Part shown: positions 39,659-50,824 of the stretch, piece after piece
Layout of the letters: each line of letters begins with the position of its first letter
How positions within the stretch are numbered: the first letter of the stretch is position 1
Origin: Podarcis bocagei
Lineage: Eukaryota
Length of the DNA: 64,000 bases
Reading direction: 5' to 3' (one strand)
Assembly (NCBI GenBank): GCA_964188305.1
Contig: OZ076894.1
The notes under the pieces: model-generated
Database searches by the model: none
Told to the model about the DNA's origin: nothing
The model's input: only the letters and a program-made list of their open reading frames with translations
Translations under genes and position numbers: made by a program

Positions 39659-42489
39659 GGCTAAGCAGTGATCTGAGAGGCATATAATGCCATTGCACCC
39701 TCGTGAGCTTGGTAATCATGTGGCCCCATCCAGGAGATCCTTATGGACCTGGTAGCTTGCACCGCAACTCTGTCCACAAGATCTTCCTGTTCATAGCCCA
39801 TTCCACTGAAGTATGTGAAGAAGCCTGCTTCTGCAAGAATGTATGTGTGCATTCAACCGCATATGGAATTGTGGGAATGAAAATTTTGATTTTGACCTCT
39901 GTACATTACAGTGGAAAGAAGGGGCAGGTTCTTAGGGAATGTCATCCAGTTTCAATATTATTGACCTGGCTTGTGCAACAATGTGAGCCAACCTGGCTTA
40001 GCAAGAACATGCAACCATGTGGGCTCCCATAGAGGAGCTCGCAGGTACTTTTTGATCCTCCTTAGTCCTCGTTACTGCTGTGCCTACCTAAGCCAAGGTT
40101 TGGCTTTGTGTGTTGTCTGAACCAGGACTCATGGTTACGCTCTTCCCCTCATTAACTACAATCTGCAGTTTGGCTTACCATGTTGTGCGAACCTTATTAA
40201 CTGCACACACAAACTGTTTGAAATACATTCCTCTCCCTATACCCCAAGACTTGATAATGCATTATTCATCTTGGGATTAACAGTCCTGTCCAGATAACTG
40301 TATTTGGTGCCAAGCTGAGTTGCCTTATTATGTTGTCAACAATCTATATCAATCTGTATAAAATGACTTCCTTGTTGCTTAGGTCAAAATGTGTTTATTG
40401 ATAGGCCACTTTTCTGAAATGAAGTTACTACTTCTGAATGATAGAGGTGCAAAAGATCTAAGTGCCCATTAATAAGAATTAAGGTCAGTGAAATTGAGCA
40501 TAGAAGCTACTGCTTTTTGCCAATTAGATAGCCTCAATCATGTTTATTTGCATAAGGGTCAGAATTATAAAATGGTAAAATATCAGATATGTTTCTAAGA
40601 AGCAGCCTGTATAGGTACACCACAAACTCATCACAAGCTAGATTCTCAGTTAAGTGGATCAGATATATGTATTTTTACACACACATCACAAATTCACCAC
40701 ATATACATCTTGATTCAGTTGTCTAAAAATACAGGGAGCCAAAACGCCAGAAAAAGAACAGATAACATGTTTTTCTTTTTGTTTTGACAAATCCTTTCTT
40801 GGGCCTCCAAAATACAGGTTATCTTAAGTCCACAATCTTGGCCATAAGCTGAGGAAGAAAATGAGACCTGTGAGTTTTGTGGCTGACTGTTCCAAAACTG
40901 GATGCAATATCATGTGAATTTCTCTTGTGAGCAAGCCCCATGAAAATGAGGAGATGCACCACAGTGCAAGGCTTGCCCTTATGCAAATCCAATTCATTTT
41001 GATGCCTCTTGCAAATGAAATATACCTGGCTGTTTCTTCCACCACTGTTAAACTCACAGCCAACTAACTCTTCTGTCTTATCATTTGAGTCATGTCTGCT
41101 CTTAAACAGTCGCTACACTGCTACTCATCCAACAGATCTACCTCAAATTACTACAGTATCATCAGTTCATGACTTTTAACTACGGAAATTTGTCATGGCA
41201 ATTTCATTGATATTACACTGTATTTAAGGCTTCCAGGGAAAGGCACTTCTGGCTATAATTGTTGATGGCTTTGAACAGCCTAAATGGTGTTATGTTTCTT
41301 CCTCATTTTACACAAGTGAATGTTGGGTGGATTGTTCTTAAAGGAACATAAAGCAAAACTGAATTACATCCTTTAAGTCCATACTTAGTAGAACTTAATT
41401 ATTCATATCCAAAATGTTACATTATGTTTAAAGACTGTTAAGATGTTCATTTCATGCCTTCAGTTATAAGAGGAGCTCATTGGGTGTTAGTTTGGAAAGA
41501 GGCAAACGGATAGGTCTGCAGTTTATTTTTGTAACTTGGGTTCTTTTTTCTGCCTGGGTAAAGCTTTTGGTTTGTTTCTTTTTAAAGTCTATATGAACAC
41601 TTTTAAAAAATAAAAATAACTGATAAAAATGTTTCTCTCTCTTTTTTGTGTGGATGACATCGAAAAGAGTCAAGCAGGAGATGTAACTGCATGGACCACT
41701 TGTTGTCTGACCTCTTACTCAGATTTGCTGGGATGTTTGCAGCGTACAATCTCGCAGCAGGGTTTGACTCACTTGTTGCTTTCTTCCATTCTGTGCTTTG
41801 AGTTGAGCATTGTTGGATACATTATTGTTGCCTCTGACTCTTTATTTATTAAAGCATTTCTATACCACTGTATCATAAAATATCAAGACAGTGCAACCTA
41901 CAAAACATTTAAAAATAAATAAATGAAATGCAGTTAACCATTCAAGTGACAGGCTAACAAAAAACAAATAGCTGCAAAGGGTTGTCAGCACAAAAAAAGT
42001 CTTCAAGAGACACCTGAAAGTCAAAAGAGAGGCTGCCCTCTCCTGGTTTCTGATCCATAATTGACTTCTGACTTCTGCTCAATGATTGAAACTAAGACCT
42101 TCACGTCGAATCTGACTATGGACTAACACGAACTTATCTCTACTCATAAACTCTTATCTCTAATTCTGTAACGAATTATTGTGTTATACACATCCTTTTG
42201 AGTTTGTAATCTCTGTTTGAGTTTGCAACTTCTTATTAAGGCAAGTTGGGCCTCTGTAATGCAGGAGGCAAGTAACAGCACTCCTCTGGATGGCATCCTA
42301 AAACAACACCACCACAAAATTCCAAACAAGGTAAGTAAGATATTATAGTCACTGGACTTTGATATGCAAGTAAAATATTTCAATTTACGTAGCCCTGTTC
42401 AGCTGTTTGGTACTCACAGCTCCCAAATATGTAAAAGTGGGGAGGAAGCTACTTCCAGCACCAGGCCAATTGGCGGACCAACTCTGTGA

Positions 42490-42800
42490 CCTGAAGGCTG
42501 GTAGTATCAACCATGTGGAAATCCCTTGCAGACAACCGCAGTTCCTGTAGGCAGGCAGGTTGTGTATCCCCAGCCGTGACCAGAGGAGGAATGACCACTG
42601 GGAGGAGCGCAGAGAGAAGCAGCGCCACAGTGCATCTGCAGCAGCACAACTGGATGCCTTCATTAGTTGCAGCTGCAACAAGGCATGCCTCTCCCGCATC
42701 AGCCTCTGCAGCCACAGAAGGCACTACCACCATCCAACAGCTTGACCTTACCCCAAAGGCGCACTCCTCCATTGTCTCCCTAGAGTCTGGACGCCAACAA
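42490..42800 (+). mobile_element. Second RTE-clade 3' fragment, same family as 26680-27525
   Basis: Direct similarity to ~27205-27525 (GACCAGAGGAGGAATGAC...GCATCTGCAGCAGCACAAC...GGCGCACTCCTCCATTGTCTCCC). Confidence 0.85.
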
Positions 42801-45150
42801 ATAATGCTTTTGTGACCCCCATAATAGTAACTTTATCAGGGTGATTAGCCAAATTCATGGAGGATATGTCTCTCTGCGCCTATTAGTCATGCTAATGGAA
42901 ATTCTGCATGTTGGTGAAGAAGCCCGTAATGCCAGTTGCTGGCATGAGAGGAGTGGTCATGCTGCCATGCCTAATAGACTTAAAGACTTATTTACACATC
43001 CTTCTGATTTTGGCCCAGGCAATTTCTTTCTATTACACCCCTCTGCTAACACTTTTAAGGTAAAAATTTGTTGGAAAAGGGAGCTTGACTCTCATTGCTT
43101 TTGTAAAAGAACTGCTACTGAAAACGTATGCTAATAACAAAGACTCTACCCAGCATTGCTGCTTCAACAGTCTGGAAAATGATCCGCTCCCCGCAGCGGG
43201 TTGTCTTTCTCAAAGGGGTGCCTTTTTCTCTCTCCCCTCCTTGACTTCCTTTCTGTTGAGAAAATGGAGCAATTGATGCTTCAAAAGGGAATTCCGCACT
43301 TGGCAATCAGCTCCCGCTTGCAGGATGTCTTTGTCAACGGCAGCTTGAATATATTTTCCTCTCATTTCTCTCTGTTGTGGCAGTGGCAGACACAATTCCT
43401 TTCAGATCAGAAGCCTAGTGCCTACCTGGGACAGACTATGAAAGGCATCTTCCCATGAGCCAATCGGATCCTTGCCATGGAACTGAGGATCTTGTTGGCT
43501 GCAGTGTGAGTTTTCCATTGAAGCAGATCTGCAGGTCCTGCTGCTGAGCATCATTCCATACAGAGGAAGACTTAACTTCCTGGTGGCCCACAATAAACAC
43601 CTCTCACCTTCAACTTAAACTATTGTCTGTCTTTCCCCAAGGGCTGCTTCACATACTGCAGGCTTTTTGACTTGAGTCCCATTATGTGAAAACTCTGGCT
43701 GTAGTAAAATCTTGATTATTCCCATAATATAGATCCAAACTAGGCTAGAGAGCCATGTCAGATAGTGCTTCTCTGACCCTGTTATCACAGTTGTCGCCAT
43801 CAGCAATTCCATAGACAACGTTAAGGTTTCTCCTGGACCCCAACTTTCCATGTGTGTCCAGATCATGCATACATGCACCAGGAGAGAGGATGAATCACAT
43901 GGTGTCTTTCCCCCAAGATTTCCAGTAAGTATACTTCCTATTTTCCATCAGTTAAAGCAAATTGCAGGAGGAGTCTGAAATTTCGTGATGGGGATACTTG
44001 CACTGAATTGCGGTTAACTCTTGAATAACATGGCTCTCTCCAGTTGTCCTCAAACTGCAGTGTTGCTGTAATTCACAGATCTTTGTTACTGACATCAGTA
44101 GACCCCCATAACATTGGGATTAGAATGAAAAATTTTATATCTTAAAAGGGATACATTATTCAGGAATATTGCCCACCAATAAGTTAAGCAAACTTAGATT
44201 TAAGAGTAATATCCAATCTTTTCTACCCACACAAAAATAAGACGCGGGTGGCAGATAATATGTTTGCCTCAAAAAAAACAAAAAGCGGTCTAATTTTAAA
44301 AATAAATTTCCTTATAGTATGGTTCACCATTTGACACATTACTCGGCAAACCTGCATTTTCACAAGGAATGAAGAAAAATGGAAAGCCCCTAATCTAATT
44401 GGCTACTGACGCCACATAAATTTCAACTCACAATTTGGCTTAGTTTCATAAAATTGGAAAATTCTGCAATTTTTGTGTCTTTCCGTGAGTTTAAACTTGC
44501 AATTTATTTTTGTTCCAAAACAGCAAGAGGGTATTTAGACTTGTTGCAGGTCTTAATGTGCGCTGGTTTGCTCTTTTGCATTGTTTTTAAGATTGCTTTT
44601 AACACATTATAATCCTGGTGTTAAAACCTTGGGATGAGCTGGCAACTGAGAAAATGAATAGCATTGTCACATAAAATATCCAGGACTCTGCCAGTGAGGA
44701 GGAGCACTTTCCTATCCTGTGGGCTGTGGCTGTTGGGATCCAAGGACAATTCTTGCCGATTCTTAGCTTCAGGGGGTTATTGTCTCATGTACAAAGTGTT
44801 TGCTCAGAACTTGGAAGCTGCCATCTTACACCCTGAAGGAAACAAGATTTTATAATTGACAATAATTCATTTGGATGTTATGATAATCAGAAAACAAACA
44901 AGAAGATTCCTTTGTAAACTGAGAGGTTGTTCATCTGGGATGCTTTGAAAGGAACACACATATGCTCAGTGAGAGTAAAATGTACCAATAACTGACTCTG
45001 TTCCATAGAGACTATTCCAGTGTCAAACACAGCAACTTTTTAGCAGTTCGGATTTGCCGGAGAACTATTTTGAGTGGTGTACTAGTGAAGGAACAGCAAG
45101 TTTCCTGTGGCTCTCAGCTTTGATTTTAAAGTTTCTAGCCATTATGGCTA

Positions 45151-45492
45151 GGGATGCGGGTGGCGCTGTGGGTTAAACCACAGAGCCTAGGACTTGCCAA
45201 TCAGAAGGTCGGCGGTTTGAATCCTTGCAACGGGGTGAGCTCCCGTTGCTCGGTCCCAGCTCCTGCCAACCTAGCAGTTCGAAAGCCCATCAAAGTGCAA
45301 GTAGATAAATAGGTACTGCTCCGGCAGGAAGGTAAACGGAATTTCCGTGCGCTGCTCTGGTTCGCCAGAAGCGGCTTAGTCATGCTGGCCACATGACCTG
45401 GAAGCTGTACGCCGGCTCCCTCGGCCAATAAAGCGAGATGAGCGCCGCAACCCCAGAGTCGGTCACGACTGGACCTAATGGTCCTTTACCTT
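45151..45492 (+). mobile_element. Full-length Sauria SINE (tRNA-derived, BovB-mobilised)
   Basis: GGGATGCGGGTGGCGCTGTGGGTTAAACCACAG head, GGTTTGAATCC B box, ACCTTT-type tail; 14-bp TSD TAGCCATTATGGCT (45136-45149, 45493-45506). Confidence 0.92.
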
Positions 45493-46307
45493 TAGCCATT
45501 ATGGCTGCAAAGCTAGACTTGACACCGTATAGGCAATGCTTGTTGGATCTCAGAAGCCTGAGGTGTGACTGAATACGATTCCCAACAGATGAGGGCGTAT
45601 GAGTCCTTGCAAAAGTGGATTTGAATATGCCACATCCTGTAAACCTGTGTGATTTGCGTAATTGCAATAAGGAGTAGGCACAGAATCTGGTTTTGTGGTT
45701 GAAAAGTTGCAATTTTTTGTCTGTGGAAAATGTGGTGCCCCCACTGATCTTGGTGGTAAGCACATCTGGAAAATTAAGAAACTATCTTAAAATGGCTGCC
45801 GGGGGGAGACATGGCCAGCCCAAAATGGCTTGCTTGAGGCAAGGGGCAGGGCGGGGAGAGAACCGGCTAGTCACAAAGCAAAAGTAACTTGCCCAACAAA
45901 CCAAGTACAAGGCAGAGGTTGAGACTGAGTCCTGAACCAGATATTTAACCTTACAAAGCCCAACAAAATAAGCGGGTTTTTTCCAAGGCTAGCTGATGAG
46001 GTTTGAAAAAAAGTAACACGGACAAGTCCAAGAAACTGACTACAAGACAGGTTGGGTCTGGGTCCCATATTTAACCCGCATATTTGACTGCATATAGCAG
46101 AACAAAATCCCCATTTCACAGAATGGAAGCCAATTAATTTATCCAGATTACATCTGAATGGTTTGTTTATGTGACTGTTGATATTTGTGGTTTAAATTCT
46201 GTTTTACTGTATGCTGCCATGAGATCACATTCAAGATGAAAGATGTGCTAAAAATACCTTAAAATATTATTTCTCTAAAATTAATTTATTCTTCAATATT
46301 AATAGCC

Positions 46308-46530
46308 CTGTGGAACGCCTTCCCACCAGATGTCAAAGAGAACAACTGCCAGACTTTTAGAAGTCATCTGAAGGCAGCCCTGTTTAGGGAAGCTTTTAAT
46401 GTTTGATGCATTACTGTATTTTAATATTTTGTTGGAAGCCGCCCAGAGTGGCTGGGGAAGCCCAGCCAGATGGGCGGGGTAATAACAACAACAACAAAAC
46501 AACAACAACAACAACAACAACAACAATAAT
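46308..46530 (+). mobile_element. L2-type LINE 3' end with (AAC)n tail
   Basis: TGTGGAACGCCTTCCCA...TTTAGAAGTCATCTGAAGGCAGCCCTGTTTAGGGAAGC...GGAAGCCGCCCAGAGTGGCTGGGG; related copy at ~59700-59895. Confidence 0.75.
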
Positions 46531-46622
46531 ATCACCCGCAAACCAATTCTTCCAATTCATTTTTAATCAACTCTCTACGCTCATTTCCCCATACCCTGCA
46601 GGCCAAATGCAGTCTTCTAGGC

Positions 46623-47339
46623 CAGTGTTTCCCAACCGGTGTTCTGCGGCACACTAGTGTGCCGTGAGAAGTTGGCTGGTGTGCCGTGGGAGGGAGGCGG
46701 GCGAGTCGGGCGGTGAGAGGCGGCGGCGGCGAGGATCCGCGTTGAGCCGGGGGCGGCTCCGCGGTGGTGGTGCCGAGGTTTCTCTCTCCATTCTCCCCTC
46801 ACACACACACAGGATCAGCTGACAGGACCCAGCCAATGGGGCGGCGGTGGGGCAGCGCGTGCAAAAGGGAGGAGCGCGAGACAGCGGACGAGGAGGCCGG
46901 CATGTCCGGGCAGCAGCAGCAACAACAGCAGCAGCAACTCCTGGCGACGGCTCCTCAAGCCCCGGGCAACCCTACTCCCTCACCGGCCTCGGCCGCCCTC
47001 CTGCTCCACCCGCCGCCGCCTCCCCTGCCGCCACCGGCCACCTCGGCCCCGCCGCCGCCCCCTCCTCCGCCCGCTATCGACGCCACCACCACAACAGCCG
47101 CCGCCGCCTCAGCTGCCGCCGTCCCTCACTCCCTCGCTTTGCTGCCTCCTCCCCCCCACCCCCAAAGCTTGGAGGTTCCCCGGCAAGGGGGAGGGAAAAA
47201 AATTGAAAACTTTCACTTTCGTGCGTCCCTCCCGGCGTGACGCTGCGCGCTGACGTCACGGGGCTGTAATGGTGGTGTGCCGCGAGATTTTTTTCCTCAA
47301 ACAAGTGTGCCTTTGCCCAAAAAAGGTTGGGAAACACTG
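46623..47339. mobile_element. Non-autonomous hAT (Charlie-type) DNA transposon carrying GC-rich captured host sequence (Pack-hAT)
   Basis: Perfect 15-bp TIRs CAGTGTTTCCCAACC (46623-46637) / GGTTGGGAAACACTG (47325-47339); exact 8-bp TSD TTCTAGGC (46615-46622, 47340-47347); subterminal GTGTGCC motifs at both ends; no transposase. Confidence 0.93.
46902..47075 (+). pseudogene. RANBP9: Captured fragment of RANBP9 (RanBPM) exon 1: MSGQQQQQQQQQLL...AALLLHPPPPPLPPPATSAPPPPPPPPA
   Basis: ggccggcATGTCCGGGCAG start and AALLLHPPPPP..PAT.APPPPPPPP motif match my recollection of the human RANBP9 N-terminus (MSGQPPPPPPQQQQQQQQLS...AAALLLHPPPPPPPATAAPPPPPPP); the SPRY-domain-proximal part is absent; lies inside hAT TIRs. 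Confidence 0.72.
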
Positions 47340-49359
47340 TTCTAGGCCACTCTGTCTGGTATTTGGGAAGCTCCCCATGGCCTGTCCCTCAGCAGCCTGG
47401 CTCTGCATTCACCTCAAGAGTTTTTCTAAAGCTGGGCTGTTTCCTTCAAAATCAGGTGTGTTGATGTTTCTTGCTTAACCAAAGAGAAGGATTTGGAGGC
47501 TTGTCTTAGAAAATCTCTGATTCTGTGTACATGATAGGCCCTTCACATGCATGTAACTAACCACGTTGAGTGTAACAGTCACCCAGTGGCAAACACGTAC
47601 AGGTGATTTAGGAGCTATGTATTCATTTTAGATCAAGCATTGAACTAAATTTATACTTGTTCTGAAACAAATGCCAGAAGTAACTACTGGGTACATGTAA
47701 TGTTTCTCACCTTTTCTTTGCATTGGGAGAACCCTACGATTTTACTCCACCACCAGCAGCAGAGATTATGTTAGTTGCCCTCCTGGTGTCTGCCATGTTA
47801 TTTTCCTAGAAGTTCCCAGAGGTTGTATTGTTCTGGAACATTGTGATATTTTTTATTTTATTTTTTAAAGATACCACACACATGCAAAATGGTAGCCCCC
47901 CACTGAACTGATTTAAAAAAAAACACAGAATGACACAATGTCTAGGGCATTTGGGGGGGGGGGTAGAATGTCAGCCATTAAGAGCAGCTGTCAAAACCAC
48001 TGCCACAAATGCTGTCTAAAAATGTGAAAACAATGTAGGACAGATGCACGCCTAACAAGCAAATAACAAAATGTATCTGACAAATCAGTAACAAAAGAAG
48101 TATTTTATAACAAAATATTTTTTTAAAAAAAAAAACCTCCCAGAATGAACATGCCTTATGATTTGATTCTGTCATATTTTGTTCTTCCCACAAATCATTT
48201 TTCTTTTGACTCTTTTCTCTAGGCGTAAAAATCACTTCAGATGTCTGGCTGCACTTTGTATCCTAAAGCCACCATTTTGAAACATCTGGTGTGGGTGTGT
48301 GGGCGTTGGAAGGGGAGAAATATGTGTATTTAAAATAAATTAATATGGCAATACAGTAAGGCTAATTATTGAACAAACTGCTGGAGTCTGTACTAGAAAA
48401 GAAATTTGGAGATAAGTGGCTTAAAAAAACCCCACACCTGCCTATGTGCTTCAAGCACAGCAAATCCTTGTTTAATGAGTCCAAAGGATTAGTGCTGCAC
48501 ACCAGCCATATTAGCACCATATTGGCCAGAGGTGTGTATAGATCCCTTCTCCAGAATCGTACCACTTTTTTGTTTTAACTGTGTGCCCCCAAGGCTATGG
48601 CTTTTGCCCATTCTGACTCTTTCCAAAGGAGCGAATCAATACCAGTCCATTACGTATGTAGATGAAGACCATCAATAAAGGAGGAACTAACTGGAGGTGA
48701 GAAGGCAATCATAGAGGATTTTGCGGTTTTATCAAAGGGCTTTCTCTGTGTTACAAGAGACTTTGCATAACTAAGCCTAGCTGGAAATAGTACAAAATAG
48801 CATGGAGAAATATGTTGTAAGTAGACCAGTTGATTATTCTGAGTTATTTGAAAGGGTGTTTTTTTATTTGTTTTTTTAAAAAACCCAACAACAACCATCA
48901 GTAGTGTTGTCGTGTTTGGGACAGAAAAGATCTTTTAAATTTTATTTGATCTGCTCTACCCAGAGACGGGGTAAAGATTCAAATTACAAAAACGGCCTTT
49001 TGGAAACAGTCATACAAAAGGATCATAATAAATTTGCTAAATTTTGCTAGCTTTTTCCACCGTAGATGCACAAAATTTTGAAATTGGCATCTTTTAAAAT
49101 TTCTGATGGAAAACGTTAAAATACATAAAAGCTGTGAAAGTTACTATAAATGTTATACCCAAAAATTAAATGAGTATCAAGTAGCCCAGCTATCCCCAGT
49201 ACGATATACTGTGATAAAAAGCAGATTGGTGAGAAAATTCTTTTGTATACTTTTATGCATGCAAATAAGGCTGAATTTTCAAAACAGGAGTGTAGGCACT
49301 GAACTGAAACAATCGTTTTCTTGAAAATTTGCCTGAATAAGACAATAAATTTAGCAATG

Positions 49360-49373
49360 GTGCCCTCTAGTGG
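49360..49373 (-). promoter_or_regulatory. CTCF-like motif CCACTAGAGGGCAC
   Basis: Exact match to the consensus CCASYAGRKGGCRS on the minus strand. Confidence 0.55.
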
Positions 49374-50381
49374 GACGAAATGGCTAGTGCCGAAACAAGC
49401 GGAAAGCATGGGCGGCAGTCACAAAGTATCATCAGCCTGGTTTTCCAATAGCAAAAATTCTATTGCAGAGCTAAGGGGATCTTAAGCCTGACCAGGGTTA
49501 TTTCCTGTTGTAACTAGTCAATTATTGTTTGCAATTGCAGTTGTTGGCAGTGCGGGGAGTAGCGCTGGTTTTCCTTACCATGAGGACTGACATTTTTTCT
49601 TTCCTAACAAGAGGTTCTGTGCCTTTAATGGCTGCATAGCAGGCAGACTTCCTAGGCAGGATGATGTAGCGATAAGAAAGGCTGCACCTGTGGAGTTTCT
49701 ACCTCTCATGTGAATGTTAGAGACTGAGAGCTTGGGCTGAGAGGTGCCGGAACTCCCTTGGTCTCTTATCATGGCAATGGTGTCCACTTGAGAGGTGCTA
49801 GAACTGAGTTCCAGTGAATTTCGGCTGGGAAAAAAGCGCATTTTCCCACTTGCAATATGACTGAGGAGGTGCAGGGTATGTCCACATATTCACACACATG
49901 TGTATAAGGTACTGTGAGAGGCAAGCAGTATGCATGTGCATCTTAACATGTGCCAACCCAACTTGTGCAACCCTTTCTCCTCAGAAATGGGGGCAGAGCA
50001 CAGAACGACCACACGAATGAGGCCTACGTTGTTACTGAATGAGCGTAGTGCTGGCATCATATGCATGCGTCAAGGGGCTGTGCCTGCTTCCCACCACCAC
50101 CACCTGCATAGGATCATCGTCATCATCCAAAGCCGGTAAGTACGTCTCACCCCGGGGATCCAAGCTGATCTAGTTGATATACAGTTGAACTTGGAACAGG
50201 AAGTAGTACTAGGTGCACATTTCCATATAGCCACAAAATTCACCGCTTCACCTTGATCCAGTTGTTCTCTCTGCCCAATCTCCAGAGACTGATCTATATA
50301 AAACAAAACAAAACAGAAGAGGCCTGTGCTACTTCCAAAGGTGCTGGATAGTTGCTCCAGAGCACTGGAGTCTGTCAAGGA

Positions 50382-50518
50382 CAAAGATGGGGAATCGGAA
50401 ACACTCCATTTGCTACTGGACTACAACTTCCGCCATCCTTGACCACTGGCCATGCTGGCTGGAGCTGATAGGAGTTGGAGCTGAGAACAGCTGGAGGGCT
50501 ACAGCTTTTCCATCCCTG
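50382..50518. mobile_element. Degraded short hAT-like MITE
   Basis: GGACTACAACTTCC...GGAGTTGGAG...CAGCTGGAGGG, ends CCATCCCTG. Confidence 0.5.
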
Positions 50519-50556
50519 TTCTTGGATGTGGGTGGGCAGGATGGAACCTGAGGTTA

Positions 50557-50824
50557 GCACCAGTGTGGTGTAGTGGTTAAGAGTGGTGGACTCGTAATCT
50601 GGTGAACCGGGTTCGCTTCCCCGTTCCTCCACATGCAGCTGCTGGGTGACCTTGGGCTAGTCACGCTTCTTTGAAGTCTCTCAGCCCCACTCACCTCACA
50701 GAGTGTTTGTTGTGGGGGAGGAAGGGAAAGGAGAATGTTAGCCGCTTTGAGACTCCTTAGGGCAGTGATAAAGCGGGATATCAAATCCAAAAGCTGCTGC
50801 TGCTGCTTCTGCTTCTGCTTCTTC
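50557..50824 (+). mobile_element. tRNA-derived squamate SINE (CORE/MIR-like, Squam3-like) with simple-repeat tail
   Basis: A box TGGTGTAGTGG, B-box-like GGTTCGCTTCCC, MIR-like GTGACCTTGGGCTAGTCAC core, (GCT)n/(TTCTGC)n tail. Confidence 0.8.

Noticed and set aside
46764-47240. 158-aa Q/P/A-rich ORF as a bona fide gene, or as the real RANBP9 locus
   Set aside because: Enclosed by hAT TIRs and a TSD, lacks the SPRY-proximal sequence and an obvious splice donor, and no downstream RANBP9 exons were found; treated as captured cargo.
50557-50630. tRNA gene
   Set aside because: The tRNA-like head continues into a SINE core and tail; no complete cloverleaf.
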